From NCBI RefSeq assembly GCF_009914755.1, contig NC_060926.1: a stretch of 64,000 bases of DNA; one strand, 5' to 3'. How positions within the stretch are numbered: the first letter of the stretch is position 1; every line of letters starts with the position of its first letter. The position numbers and the translations under genes are program-made. This document shows, piece after piece, positions 15,780 through 28,779 of the stretch. The notes below the pieces were generated by a model, which ran no database searches, was not told where the DNA came from, and saw nothing but the letters and a program-made list of their open reading frames with translations. This DNA is from the human T2T-CHM13v2.0 reference genome, Homo sapiens.

Positions 15780-16790
15780 TCTGAATGTGTCCCCTACATC
15801 ACTTCTCCATATAGCAGTCACAGCGATCTGTTGAAAATTAAAATTAGATTATGTTCTTCCCTGATCAAAACACTCTACTGACTTCTCATCGCAATTATAA
15901 TAAAATCCTTAATCCTTCCCATAGCCACAGACACTATTAGGACCCCTTTAGAGCTCCCCTCTAGATTTCTTACGCCACCTATGTAATAGGACCCCTCTAA
16001 AGCTCTCTAGTCCTATCTGCTGATGCTCGTCTCTCACTCACTCCACACTGGCTATAGTATCCCATTTTGATGTTTCTTCATTGTGACAAGCTTGTTCCTT
16101 TCTTAGGACCTTGACATTTGCTACTGCATAGGCCCAGAATGCTCCTACATGGAGCCTTGCAGGCACCACTTACTGTATTATCAGAGTTCTCCAGAGAAAC
16201 AGAACCAATATGATTTGTGTGTATATATAGAAAAAGATTTATTGTAAGTAATTGACTCGTGATTATGGAGGCTGGCAAGTCTAAAATCTGCAATATTGGC
16301 CAGCAGCCTGGAGACCCAGGACAGCCGACGGTACAGACAAATTTTGAATGCCATCTGTTGGAGATTTCCCTTTTTGTTCTATTCAGGCTTTCAGCTGATT
16401 GGATGAGGACCACCCACATTATGGAGGCCATTCTTGTTTACTCAAAGGTCATGGATTTAAATGTCAGTCTCATCCAAAAATATCTTTCATGTTGACACAT
16501 AAAATTCACCATCACACTCACATACTCTTTCAGATCTGTGCTCATTCATGACCTTTCAAAAAGAAATTCCTCAAAGCCCCTATTGAAAAATTCCACTAAT
16601 TTCTGTGTCTTCTATACCTTTATCATATTTTACTTCACTTCATAGCTTTTTTCAACATCTAAACTTATATTACATATTTATTTGTTATGTACCTGTTACC
16701 TACCTCCATTTCTATAATACAGGCATTATTCTTGTTTACCACCATTTCTATGGGATACAAACAGTAATTATATAGTAGATGCTTAATAAA
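15780..16790 (+). mobile_element. L2 LINE 3' region, split by MLT2
   Basis: L2-like text ending atagtagatgcttaataaa. Confidence 0.55.
16174..16516 (-). mobile_element. MLT2 (HERV-L) solo LTR
   Basis: Ends gttgacacataaaattcaccatcaca (reverse complement of MLT2 start), begins tgtattatcagagttctccagagaaacagaacc; 5-bp TSD cttac/ctcac. Confidence 0.9.
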
Positions 16791-17659
16791 CTCGAGTCAA
16801 ACTTTTATATTCACCTGGGAATCAAATGCAGTCCTTCTTATCCAGGAGATGGCTCAGAATAATTGAAATTACACAGAATAATTGAAATACACACAAAAAA
16901 TTGAAAGATTTTTCTAAATCATATTGGCTACAGTGTGTATTTGTCTACTTTCTCTCACCCCACCCTTCTCTGCTCTGAAATACTGAGAATAGGGGTATAC
17001 AAAATGCATTCCTTAGCCTTTCTTGACAGCAGACCTCTACTCACATCATTCCAAGAGAAGACACTAGTGGAGGGATGAGATTGTCTCACGGGAGAAGCTA
17101 TTGTTCTTTTCTCTTGCTCTTCTTCTGGCAGCATTTTTGAGTGACTACATCCTTTCCACCCAACAGCAATCCACCTTCAGCTTCAATGGTCCCTCTTGCA
17201 TGGTTCTAGGACAAGCTGCAGGCCTTCTTCGTCATGGTTTCAGCACTGTCTAAACTAGCTACCCTAGCAGGGAAGCACTGAGTGTTCTTCTGGGCTCTGA
17301 TTACACCGTTTTGTCACTTTTGTTTTCCAAGAACTTGATGAAGCAGCCACTGTCAGCAATTACTAATCTGTGGTGTACTTTTTATTTTACTTCTCTCAGA
17401 CTCAATACAATGTAACAAGGCTCCTGAATTAGACCTCTAAATTACAGTCTATTGTTTTAAAACAATAAGGTACTCTCCTTTGTTTTTGTTTTTGTCTTGT
17501 TAATTCAGTGATGTGATTCTTGGGTTAGGTAGCTTGTACAGTTTGAATATAATGATGACCTTATTACCCATGGAAAATGGGTTACTGCTAATCCATGACA
17601 TGCCATGACATCACATTTACCAAATTATCTGTTGTGGCTTTATTCAAAGTTTATTTTTC

Positions 17660-17812
17660 TGTTTATTTATTTATTTGTTAGATATGGAGTCTTGCCCTAT
17701 CACTCAGTCTAGCTGGTCTTAAATTCCTGGCCTCTTGGCTGGTCTTAAACTTCTGGCCCACCTCTGCCTCCTGAGTAGCTGGATCTATAGGAGTGAGCCA
17801 CTGCATTCAGCT
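17660..17812 (-). mobile_element. Degenerate Alu monomer (FLAM/AluJ) fragment
   Basis: gatatggagtcttgccct...ggagtgagccactgcattcagc with T-rich tail. Confidence 0.65.
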
Positions 17813-19550
17813 TATCTGTTGTTGCTTTAGATAAAAGGCCTTCTTAAGGCAAGGCTCTGTAAAATAAAGTGGTCAATGCATTCAACTGCCGTAATAGTGA
17901 TGATGACTACTAAAGACTGTGGGGAAAGATTTTTTTTCTCTAATACTGCACTAGATTGCTTATAGAAACAAAATTACAAGCCCAGTGCTTTAAAATCTTA
18001 GTTCAAGGCAGGTCAGGGAACCAGGGAAATTTCACTGTGGTCTTAAAATATTTGCTCATTTATTGTAGTTTCAGGGAAGATCACAAATCCCATCCCAAAT
18101 CTAAAAGTGAAAATTCCAGAATTACAATGTAAGTTGAATTTACTGCCTCATCATGTATCTTATGTGAAACTAAAAGCACATGATCTTGTGTATATTTTAG
18201 AGCATTAATTGGGAAAGAATGGGACTCTGGGGTTTGAAATAGGGATATTTGGGTAGATGGAGGTGAATCCGACGACCCTGAACCCTCAAATCTCATTGAA
18301 CTTTCTATTGCTAGCAGAAATAGTCTCCCATATTCAAGGATATTAGTCTTTTTTTTTTTTTTTTTTTAGTTCAAGGCCCTGCAATTACCTCCCCTAAGGA
18401 AGTTACTTTCAAGTGGATGCCTGTTCATAAGACCTATCCCCACCATGCTTCACTGCCTTCAAAACTGCAGTTTGAGTCTGATTTTAGCAAACACCTGGGG
18501 GACAAGTATACAATCTTACCCAGGGAAATGTGACTTAAATACAAAAAGTTATTGTAAGAGTATTATTAGTTTTACTCATTTTAGCTAAAATTTGGAGAAT
18601 ATGTGTGGGAAAGATTCTAAAGATTTTGGAAGAAAGAAAGATTTACAGAGATTCTTTTTGCCATGTGCTATCTTGAGTAGCTAGGAATGGCTCAACTGTG
18701 GACACAACATCAGACTTTAATGTGGCTTATATTTAATAATGTTGAGAATGTACAACTTCTTGGCATAAAAGTGAAGAAAAATTCTACAGCTTTGGGATAC
18801 AAAAATAACAGACTGCATTTGTGATTTGCGACTTGGTCATTCCCTGTCACACATAACACTCCCTTCATTCAGGTTTTGAGAAATGCATTAGTGAGAGAAG
18901 TACTAGAATCCTCAAAACTGTGATTGAGGTGGTGAATATGAATACAGATGGAAGAAGATGGCTTATGAACTGATAATCGTTGAAGCTGAGTGCTGGGGTA
19001 ATAGTGGAATAATTATGCTATTTCTATTCTTTTATATAATTTTATAATTATCCATAGGAAAATTAAAGGAGATGAGTTTTGTGGTGGCTGTCTTTTGTTG
19101 GCTGGGGATGATATTGGAAAACACCAACTTTGAAACAGGCTCCCTAGCTTTAGTGGAAATCATGAAATTCCTAAATAACAGAAGCTTAGTGAAAATGCTT
19201 AACTACCACAGAAAATGTGTACATGATGACCTGGTCTGTTGATGTCATCTAGATTGCAATTTCCTAGACTCTTTAGGGCTTGATCAATGGGCTCATGTAT
19301 AAAGTGGCCACAGAAGCAAGTATAGAGATTCTGCAAGGGCTCAACAATATAGACCTTCTCTTACCAAAGCGATTTGACTACCATCCTTGCTGTGTGCAGG
19401 CACAAGTTTAACAGCAGAGGTCCAGCTCATATCCCGATATGGCACTATTCCTTGGGGAGACCAGGCAACCACCTGGTATCAGAGTGATTGCTCTGCCATT
19501 TATTTTGGGTATTTCATCTGCTTTTTCTGCTTCCAGTGCCTCTTCTAGCA

Positions 19551-20170
19551 CCAACATTTTTTTTATTATGAAAATAAGCCCTCACAAAGAACAGGGCTCA
19601 TAGTTGCAGGCACAAGGGAAAATGGTTGTTAATTTCTCTTCTTATTTACTGTATTAGGGTAAAACAATATCATATATGATGTCTAATAAGAACTGATACT
19701 ACGTGGTATATGGAAACACTCGAAATGTAGATTATTGTCCCTTAGCTGGTGCCAGAAGCCACCATCAGAAGGCCTTTGGCGTGTCATATTCACCATCAAG
19801 ACGTTCTGTACTACATTGCTTCTGACCAAAGAACTTATTACAAAGCAAAAGAAGTGCAGCAATGGTGTCACACAATTCCCTGATCTTACTACATACTTAT
19901 TGGCTTAGAAGCAGCTGCCTTAACAGAAACATAAAATGCCCTACTGACATATTAGATACTGTGCCAGCTGAGAGACAATAATTTACAAATGTAGGATGTT
20001 TCCATACACTATGTAGTATCAGCTTTTACTAGACATCATATATGATATTGTTTTACCCTAATACATTAAAGAAAGAGAAGTGAACAGCTATTTTCCCCCA
20101 ATGCCCACAATTGTAGGCTGTGTTTGTTGTGAGGGCTTATTTTCATAATAAAAAATGTTTCAAATGTTGG
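19551..20170. repeat. Inverted repeat, arms 19551-19755 and 19959-20170, ~200-bp spacer
   Basis: Arms are imperfect reverse complements; perfect blocks 19650-19685/20030-20065 (36 bp) and 19559-19587/20127-20155 (29 bp). Confidence 0.95.
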
Positions 20171-20645
20171 ATATAATTCTTTCATTGAAATGGAAGTTGA
20201 TCCACTACCCGGCCATTTTGGGTCCTTATTCTACTGAACCAACAGAAAAATAAGGAATTACCATGATTTTTCAGTGATTGATCCTGATTACCAAGGAGAA
20301 GTTGAGTTGCTGCTCTATAGTGGAGACAGAGAGAATTATATCTGGAATGAAGGAGGTTTCCTGAAGCGCTCTAAAGTTCAATGGGAATAATTGTTAGAAG
20401 CTTAGACAACCCAAAGAGGCTACTCCACTAAGGACTCAGACCTTCAGCAATGAAGATTTGGCTCATTCCCATCAAGTGAGGACGATATTAACTGAGATTG
20501 TGGCTGGGGGCAAAGTATCATGGAATGGGTGGTAGATAAAGAAAGTTATTCTAATGTGAGTACTAAAGCATACCACTATATATGTGAATATGTGAACTAC
20601 TGTTTTTTTTTCCTTTATCTCTTTTAATATAAGGAGTAAAGATAG

Positions 20646-20979
<334 letters not shown>

Positions 20980-22789
20980 TAATCTTTAATGACGGAGTAT
21001 CTGGATGGACTTGTGACTTTGGATGAAAACTCATAGGTGGCATATAAGTCATAAGATTTTGCCTATTCCACTTTTGGGGACAATGTGAGGGTATCTTTCA
21101 TTATATAAAGAGTGGATGCATCTTGATCAGGAGAAACATCATGTCATTGTCTTTTTAGTTGTATTAAAATTTAAGTACAGTGAAAAGGGTGTATATGGAG
21201 GCTGAGTTGCCAAAGAGTTGAAAGTGTTGATTATTTGACTACTTTGCCGCTTTTCCCACCATTCTTTAATTTTGTTCATAATTCTATGGTTGGGGAATCT
21301 GGATATTAAATTTTCTAGGCTCTGTTTCCAGCTGGTTTCTTAAGTTATATCCATAGGAGACACTGGGAGAAGACAGGAAGGCAGGAAGAGAGGAGATGCT
21401 ATTGTAGTGTGACATCTTTCTTTCTCTTTCTGGTAGCACCTCTGGATTTAGATGCACTCCTTCAAGGACCATGGGTTCTGCAACAGTACCCCCTCTCCAT
21501 TGTTCCAGCTCTGACTCAGATGGGCCCTCCTTGATGGCACTCCCAGCAGCACAGCCTTAGCACTGGTAAGACATCTCTTCTCTTGTGGTTCATACCCTAG
21601 CAGCAGTAGATGTTTCCTAACGTTGCTAATCGTTGGTTTTTTTCATTTTTTCTTCTTCACTCTCCCAACTTTTCTAACACCTGCATAATCAGTTCCTTAT
21701 TTTAAATTCTACGTGTTTGAACTGTCTACAGTTGTTTACCTTTTTCTTCCTGGGCTTGGACTGATACAGTCATAAAACGACTGATTTATTTCCTTGCTCT
21801 ACACTAAAATGCAATTAAGATTGAAAGAAAAGTGGACATTTCTTCTATTAGCTCTCTTTAGAAGTTAGTTATTTTTCAGAATCCATTAAAAACTTCTGTT
21901 TTTGTTCCATGCTCCCAAACTCCATAATATGTCAATTTCTATATCAAAATCTGTGACCATAGAATGAAATACGGCAATGAGCTAAGGCCTGAATTTCTCA
22001 ACCAATGCCTGTGGAAGTCCAGTTAGACAAGGTCGGCTCCTGGAGCCAGAGGTGAGATTAACCTCAGGCTAAAGCATGTGGGCTGCATTATGGAAAGGTG
22101 TACAGTTGTTAGAGTGGGAATAGATGGGAATAGACATTGGATAATCCATAAATAGTGTGCTCTGTGCACTCTCATTACATTATATTGCATTTATCTCGAG
22201 TTGTCAGTTTGTCTCATTAAAGTATGAGACTGTTAATGGTACAAACTGTGTCTTTTACCTAAATAATCAACATTGAGAATTGTGGCTGTCACCCAATACA
22301 CAAGTGTCAAAATTGTCTTGAATGGAGGAATGAATCAATGTGCCAGAGCTTTTGAATAAGGTTGAGTTTAACAAGATTGGGTTTGAGCCTTTAGTAAGAA
22401 TGTCATAATAATACACAATGTAAACAGGCACTGGAACAATAGTGTTTGTAGAATTGGAGATCTATTAGTTCAGTGGCATTTATATTTTTTAATCAGCCAA
22501 ACACTTTTTCAAATGAAATACTACAGGAAAATAATGTGTGTGTGCATGTGTGCATTTGTATGTAAATAAGGACATTTCTATGTCTTTGAAATTACCTCTG
22601 TAGAGGTAGGTGGTTTAAAACTTTGTTCGATGGAACATATATTTTTTTCTAACTCCCTAAAGCTCCTTTGCAAAGTATATTGGTGCATGTGTTACAAGTT
22701 AAAAAAAAAAAAAGGAATTTCTTCAACCACGTCCAAGCTGAGTTAAGTTGACTTATACAAAGGAATTGTTTCTCTTCCATCAGCAGGGA

Positions 22790-22990
22790 GGTATCAGAGT
22801 GCTGGGAAGAGCAGTATGGACCATGGAGTCAGACTGCATAGGCTATAAACCCACCTGTACCACCTGCCAACTCTATGACATGGTACAATAATTATACTCA
22901 GAACCTCAAAATTAGAGGTACTCTTCACATCAACATCTTTAAGATGAGGAATTTGAAACACAGAGTGTTTTCATCTTAAAAATGTGGTTG
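22790..22990. mobile_element. MIR fragments
   Basis: ggagtcagactgc...ctctatgac...; agatgaggaatttgaaacacagag. Confidence 0.45.
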
Positions 22991-23639
22991 ATATTGGTAA
23001 TCTTTGGAAAAGCTAATGTGTAGAAACCTCTTAATATCACCAGTAACTATTCTGTAAGTATTATCTATCATTATTATACATCATCAAAACATATTTGGTA
23101 ATTCAAAGTGGTAGAGGAAATACCTCTGTATTCTGGATATCAGGAGATTCTGTCCCAAATCGTTTTCACTATGGTATTCAGGACTGTTTGTGAAATATTT
23201 TGATTGCCAGGCACATGGTGGTTTTGTACTTCAAAGCATCTTGTGGTCACAGGAGTTATGTGACTAGTTTTGCCCTAATATACGAGTCACTCCAGGGCCA
23301 GACCAATTAATTTATTTCTTTCCCTGTATAATAGTCATGAATTAGATTCCAGATAGCGGCTATTCAGTTAGCTTGGGTCTCAGAAAGGGAATCTTGTATA
23401 AACAGAGCTATCATGTAACCCTCTGAAATCTGGGTGTTATTTCTTACCTCAGCATAACCTACTCCATATGGTTAATTCAGCAATTGACTAGTTTCGTGAT
23501 TATGGGAAAGAAAAACACATTGAGTCTCAGTTTTGCCATCTGAAAAATAAGGAGGCTGGATAGGAAAAAACTATCACGAAAGTCTCTTTGCGTTCTAAAA
23601 TTATGTATTCACTGATAAGAATAAAAGTGGCAGTGAGGA

Positions 23640-24021
23640 TACTGCGGTTTGAATGTGTCCCTTAATGTTCATGTGTTGCAAACTTAATCCACAATGCAAC
23701 AGTGTTGAGAAGTGGGAACTTTTAGAGGTGTTTAGGTCATGAATGGATTAATGCCATTACTGAGGGTGTGGTGAGTGGACCCATTATCAAGGAGTGGGTT
23801 CCTGATAAAAGGAGAATTCAGCCCCCTTCCTCTCCTGATCTCTCGGTTGCTGTCTCTTGCCTTTCCACCATAAGATAATGCAGCAAGAACGCTCTCACCA
23901 TCTGTGACCCTTCGATCTTGGACTTCCCATCTTACAGAACCATGAGCCAAATAAATTTATTTTCTTTATAAATAACCTAGTCTCAGACAGTTTGTTATAG
24001 AAGCAAAAAACAGACTAAGAA
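23640..24021 (+). mobile_element. MST (ERVL-MaLR) solo LTR
   Basis: ggtttgaatgtgtccc...aacttaatcc...aataaatt...tttgttatagaagcaaaaaacagactaaga; 5-bp TSD GAGGA at 23635-23639 and 24022-24026. Confidence 0.9.
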
Positions 24022-25019
24022 GAGGATCAGACATTTTTTAAATCAAGGAAGAACAGAAATAAGCTCATTAATAAGCTGTGAGTCAAAGAACAGCAGAGTA
24101 AGGTGAAAACTAAGGTCAGCTGTTTCCCAAAGCATGTTCCTTTGAATCTAGCCACGAGATATATTTTGTGAGAGAGGCTTCCTTGTTCATATAAGTGTGG
24201 GAAATGCTACACATATTTCTCTTAAATGAACTTCATGCACATTATTGTTTTCTGTGTATTCACTAAAGAAAAACCTTTAAATGCTTTTCACCCAGCACAC
24301 GCCAATACAATTTATTGTGGAAATCACTCTTCAAATAACTTCACAGTGATGAATGGGCTGAGCAGCTGTAATTTTTGTTTGTGCAGTATACTTACTTTCC
24401 CATGTCCTTCCTCAACATCTTTTCAGGAATTTCTCCTCTTCCTGCATAAGGTCACAGGAGTGAACATATGAACCAGAGTGTGCTATTCCTCTGGTCACAG
24501 TCATCTGTGACACAAATATGAACACAAGGCTCCAGCAAGTATAATCATATCCCTTGCCATGATTAATATTTTTGATGATCCCCTGGACTAGCTTAGCCTC
24601 ATATATACACACCTTAGACTTCTCAGGTATGTGAGCCAAAATTTCCTTTTTGCTCAAAACTTAAATTGGACTTCAGTCATTTGCTTTTGAAAGAATTAAG
24701 ACTGAAACTATTCTTCCATAGAGCAGATACAGGAAAAACATGCTCCAGGGTGACAATTGAGAGTAAAATGACACAATTTCAAAATGTATTAAACAGACAG
24801 CAGTCTCGGCTTTCTCCTAAAGGGAAAGTAAATCTATTAGGGAACCTGAAGATGAGAGAGATACAATTACTATGAGAAGACATATTAAAGCTTATTCTTT
24901 CTTTTTAAAGAAAAAGATTAATTGGAAATAAAAGATGATAGAAACAGATTCAAATTGGTCAAAAGACACTGAGGAATAATATTATTTTACTGCTTGATTA
25001 ATTGACTCATTGATATTAG

Positions 25020-25220
25020 AAGTATTAATTAAAGCAAGTATACAGCTCTATTTATGGACAACAGTGTGCTAAAACATGTCAAGTATTATTTCATAAAATT
25101 CTCACAAGAAAGTCATGAAGATAGATAAAAATTGCCTCCATTTTGCAGACTGGAAAACTGAGTGTCATAGACATTAAAAAACTTGTCCAATGTCACAAAC
25201 TAGAATATGGTACATTCTAC
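25020..25220 (-). mobile_element. MIR SINE
   Basis: MIR core ccattttgcagactggaaaactgag...aacttgtccaatgtcaca. Confidence 0.65.
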
Positions 25221-25670
25221 CTATATAAGGTTATGGTTGAAATGTTTCAACAAGCAAAAGATAAAACAATTACACACATGGATCCCAAAACACTCATTCT
25301 GTTTACTTGAAAACATATATATATATTCACCATTGCAGTATATATATATATATATATATATATGAACAATTACCTAGGGATACAAATGATAAATATGTTT
25401 GAAAAAATGAAATTTAGAGTTAGAAACTACTGGTACAAAACAAAAAACTTAAAACAAGTTATTTTAATTTTTTAATAGTAAAAGGAATACATAAAACGAC
25501 AAAAGTGAAAGTTTCATTGGTTGTTTCTCAGACAAGAGAAGAAATCTGCAGCTAGATTTGTAGGAAAAAGCTGGACCATATGAGGAGAAATCCAGGGGTT
25601 CAATTGATACATAATAAATATGGTGACAGGGTCTGAAATATTTAGGAGGTCCTTAAAAGATGAAATTGCT

Positions 25671-26286
25671 ATAGCATCTTTATTCATAATTGCCAAAACT
25701 TGGAAGCAATCTAGATGACCTTCTGTAGGTGAGTGGATAAGTTGTGGTAAATAGAGACAACTGAATATTATTCAGTGCTAAAAACAGAGCTGTCAAGCCA
25801 TGAAAATACATGGTGGAATCTTACATGCATATTACTAAGTGAAAGAAGCCAATCTGAAAAGGCTACATATTGCATGACCCCAACTCTATGACATTCTGGA
25901 GAAGGCAAAACTTGGAGACAGGAAAAACACCAATGGTTTCCAGGGGTTAGGAGCAAGAAAGAGAAGAATAGACAGAACACAGAGTATTTTTAGTGAGTAA
26001 AACTAGTATGATACCATAGTGGTGGATACATGTCGTTATACTTCTTTCAAAACCCCCAAAATGTACAAAACCAAGAGTGAACTCTGATGTAAACTATGGA
26101 CTTTGGTGATGATGATGTGTCAATATAGGTTCACCAATTGTAACAAACATGCTACTGTGGTCCAGGGGTTGATCACAGGGAGTCGTGCCCTTGTGGGGGC
26201 CGGAGGTATATGAAAACTCTTTGTACTTCTCACTCAATTTTTCTGTGAACCTAAAACTGCTCCAAAAAATAAAGTCTATTAAAGCA
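25671..26286 (+). mobile_element. L1MC-like 3' fragment
   Basis: L1 3'UTR ending ctgtgaacctaaaactgctccaaaaaataaagtctattaaa; ATGAAATTGCT on both sides (25660-25670, 26287-26297). Confidence 0.85.
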
Positions 26287-27867
26287 ATGAAATTGCTCAG
26301 GAGGGCTTGATAGTGAAATTTCTGGAGCTGACAGACTGAATTAGGGTCCTAGTGTGTAGAGACCTGACATTTAAATGAATAAGCAATACAGAAAATTTTA
26401 CTTAAGATGCCAATATTGGCTTGGAGTATCCTAAAAATCTAGATGTCATTTGATTGCACATTAAATTGTATTATAATTACATACAGGATCTTCTGCATTT
26501 GAACACAATGCCATACCTTTAACAATGATCCTTTTGTTTGATATTTATGTTGGCATAAATTTTTAATATGAGTGAGGGAAAGAAGAAAATTGCTTGTTTT
26601 TCTGAGGACTGTATATGTTTATGTCATTGAAATGAAGGACAACACTTAAATCAAGAAAATCAAAAACAATCAGATTCACAAGCAGACTCAAAACAAAAGA
26701 AATAAGGGTTTTAAAAAATCCCCTTAGTTTAGAATGGGGACAAACAACATGATAGCATTTTAGCATCTAATAATAGCCATTATTTATACAAGCATATTTA
26801 GACTGTTATCAGAGGGAAATAAATATGGCTGTAGTAACATTCAATTTGGATTTTCCATAGGGTAGACAGGGTTGAGGGTTCCCCTTTATTCAAAACATAA
26901 AAGAGTTAGTAAATTCCTTGGCAGCAGGGAACAAAAATCTCAGCTGCCATTTGCCTGCTGGTGACTGAAACCCATTGCCTGAGTAATTTCTTATCACTGT
27001 CTGATTGACAGACCACAGTTTGATGTATTTTGAAGAACTGAGGGAGACCAAGGGTCTGAGAAATCAAAGATGGCTTTTATGCTGGTTTTTTAATAACTCT
27101 AATTTAAAGCAATTGCTTGAACTAAAAGCTTACAAATATTTTAGAAATGACTTTTAAATGTCTCTCGATAATATTCTACAGTTTTGAAAGTCACTACAAA
27201 ACAACAAACAAGACAAATCTCATTTTGACTAGACAGCACTTGGTTTACATTATTTTTCTTTTGTGGTCTACATTATTTAATTGCAATTAAAACAAAAATT
27301 ATAAATGTAAGCCTAATTACAACAATACAAAAAACTATACATGAATACTTGGAACTTAAAGAGATAAATTTGTCTGGTCACTCTTTGGCCTGTAGTTTTT
27401 AGTTTATTCCCTCAGGCCTGACCAGAGTATGAAAAAGATCACAATAATCATTTTTTTAAAAAGTCAATTCTTACGTGCATGCTCTACCTCATTTGACTAG
27501 GACAACTTTACTCTTTCCAGATTCTTGGACCATTCAAATTCATAGGTGTCTTCTGCCTCTGGAATGACACTGTATGCAGTATCCCTTTTTATTTAAGCAC
27601 CTCGCTGGTGCTTACCACATCTTACCACATCAGGGACTTGTGATGCCTCTCTAAATCTTATTCATGCTTCAAAATTCAGCTGAAGGCCTACCTCCTTCCT
27701 ACCTACTCCAGTCCATAGTATGCACTTTTCATTCTCCACTCTTTATACCTTTTGGCACAAATCATTTGGCGCTCGGCACTTCATGAAGCACATCGTGTGC
27801 CTTTAGCGTGTTTCTCCTGTTTCTATAGGCAGTCTAAGAAAAACGCTAGGTGGTAAGAGCACGCGGT

Positions 27868-27888
27868 GTCACTGTCCGTGGTCCTGAA
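27868..27888 (-). promoter_or_regulatory. REST/NRSF RE1 silencer element (candidate)
   Basis: Minus strand TTCAGGACCACGGACAGTGAC versus consensus TTCAGCACCACGGACAGCGCC (18/21). Confidence 0.75.
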
Positions 27889-28779
27889 ACATGGTTGCGT
27901 GCTAAGATTCTTCTTAAGCCAATATCCGGTGACTCCTGTTCACTTTTTCCCAGGAATTTTTAAATTGGTAAAGTGGTGGGGACAAGAAAAAAGAAAGCCA
28001 AAAAGATATTGGGAGAGAAAGATAGAGGCATGGACAGAGGTATCCCTCTCCAGTCATTCCCTAGAGAGAATTAAAAATAGTAGGATTTTATGTAATTTTC
28101 AAACAATTGCAGACGCGAACTTGGAAGCAAAAGGGGGGAGGGAAAAATATCAATGGCATAGCCATTGATGAAGGAGAATTTAAAAAATGCATGCACTAAG
28201 TGACATAAAGCCATCCAAGTGTCGGCATGAACACACGCACTGATGCTAGTGGACTAGGATACCAAACAGGTAGCATGTTGTGAACTTAGCGTCGGTTGTG
28301 TCATACTAAACTTCCACAGATTTTCTTTTTGTTTCTCTCTCTTGATTTAAAACAAAACAAAATTGTCATTTGGCACTGTGGCAGAACAAAGATGACTGTA
28401 ACTTATATTTCTCATCTGATGTAGCTGTGTACCTTTTTCACTGTTAGCACCTCTGTAACAGTTACATTCCAGCAACATCGAGTCCCAGCTGCCGATGGCT
28501 GGCGGCGCAAACACTCCCTGCCCTAGCTATGTAAGTTCCCCAACTACAGTATAACCTCTCAGAGGACGAACATTTTTGGATATCTCAAAATGCCTAAGTA
28601 CAGTGTCTGGTACAAACTAGGAGCCAAGTAATATCCACTGAATCAAGAAAAGAATCACAATGCCTTCCACGGAGAAAATATTCAACAAAGGCTTGTTAAA
28701 TGAGCAAATATTCCAGTTGTTTTAACAATTCCATCCTCTTCTAGGTTCTTTTAAAGTCCAAATCTCCCTTCCTCTCCCC

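Noticed and set aside
16855-16907. Short degenerate tandem repeat cagaataattgaaat(t)aca
   Set aside because: Two to three abutting copies with no spacers; ordinary slippage, not CRISPR-like
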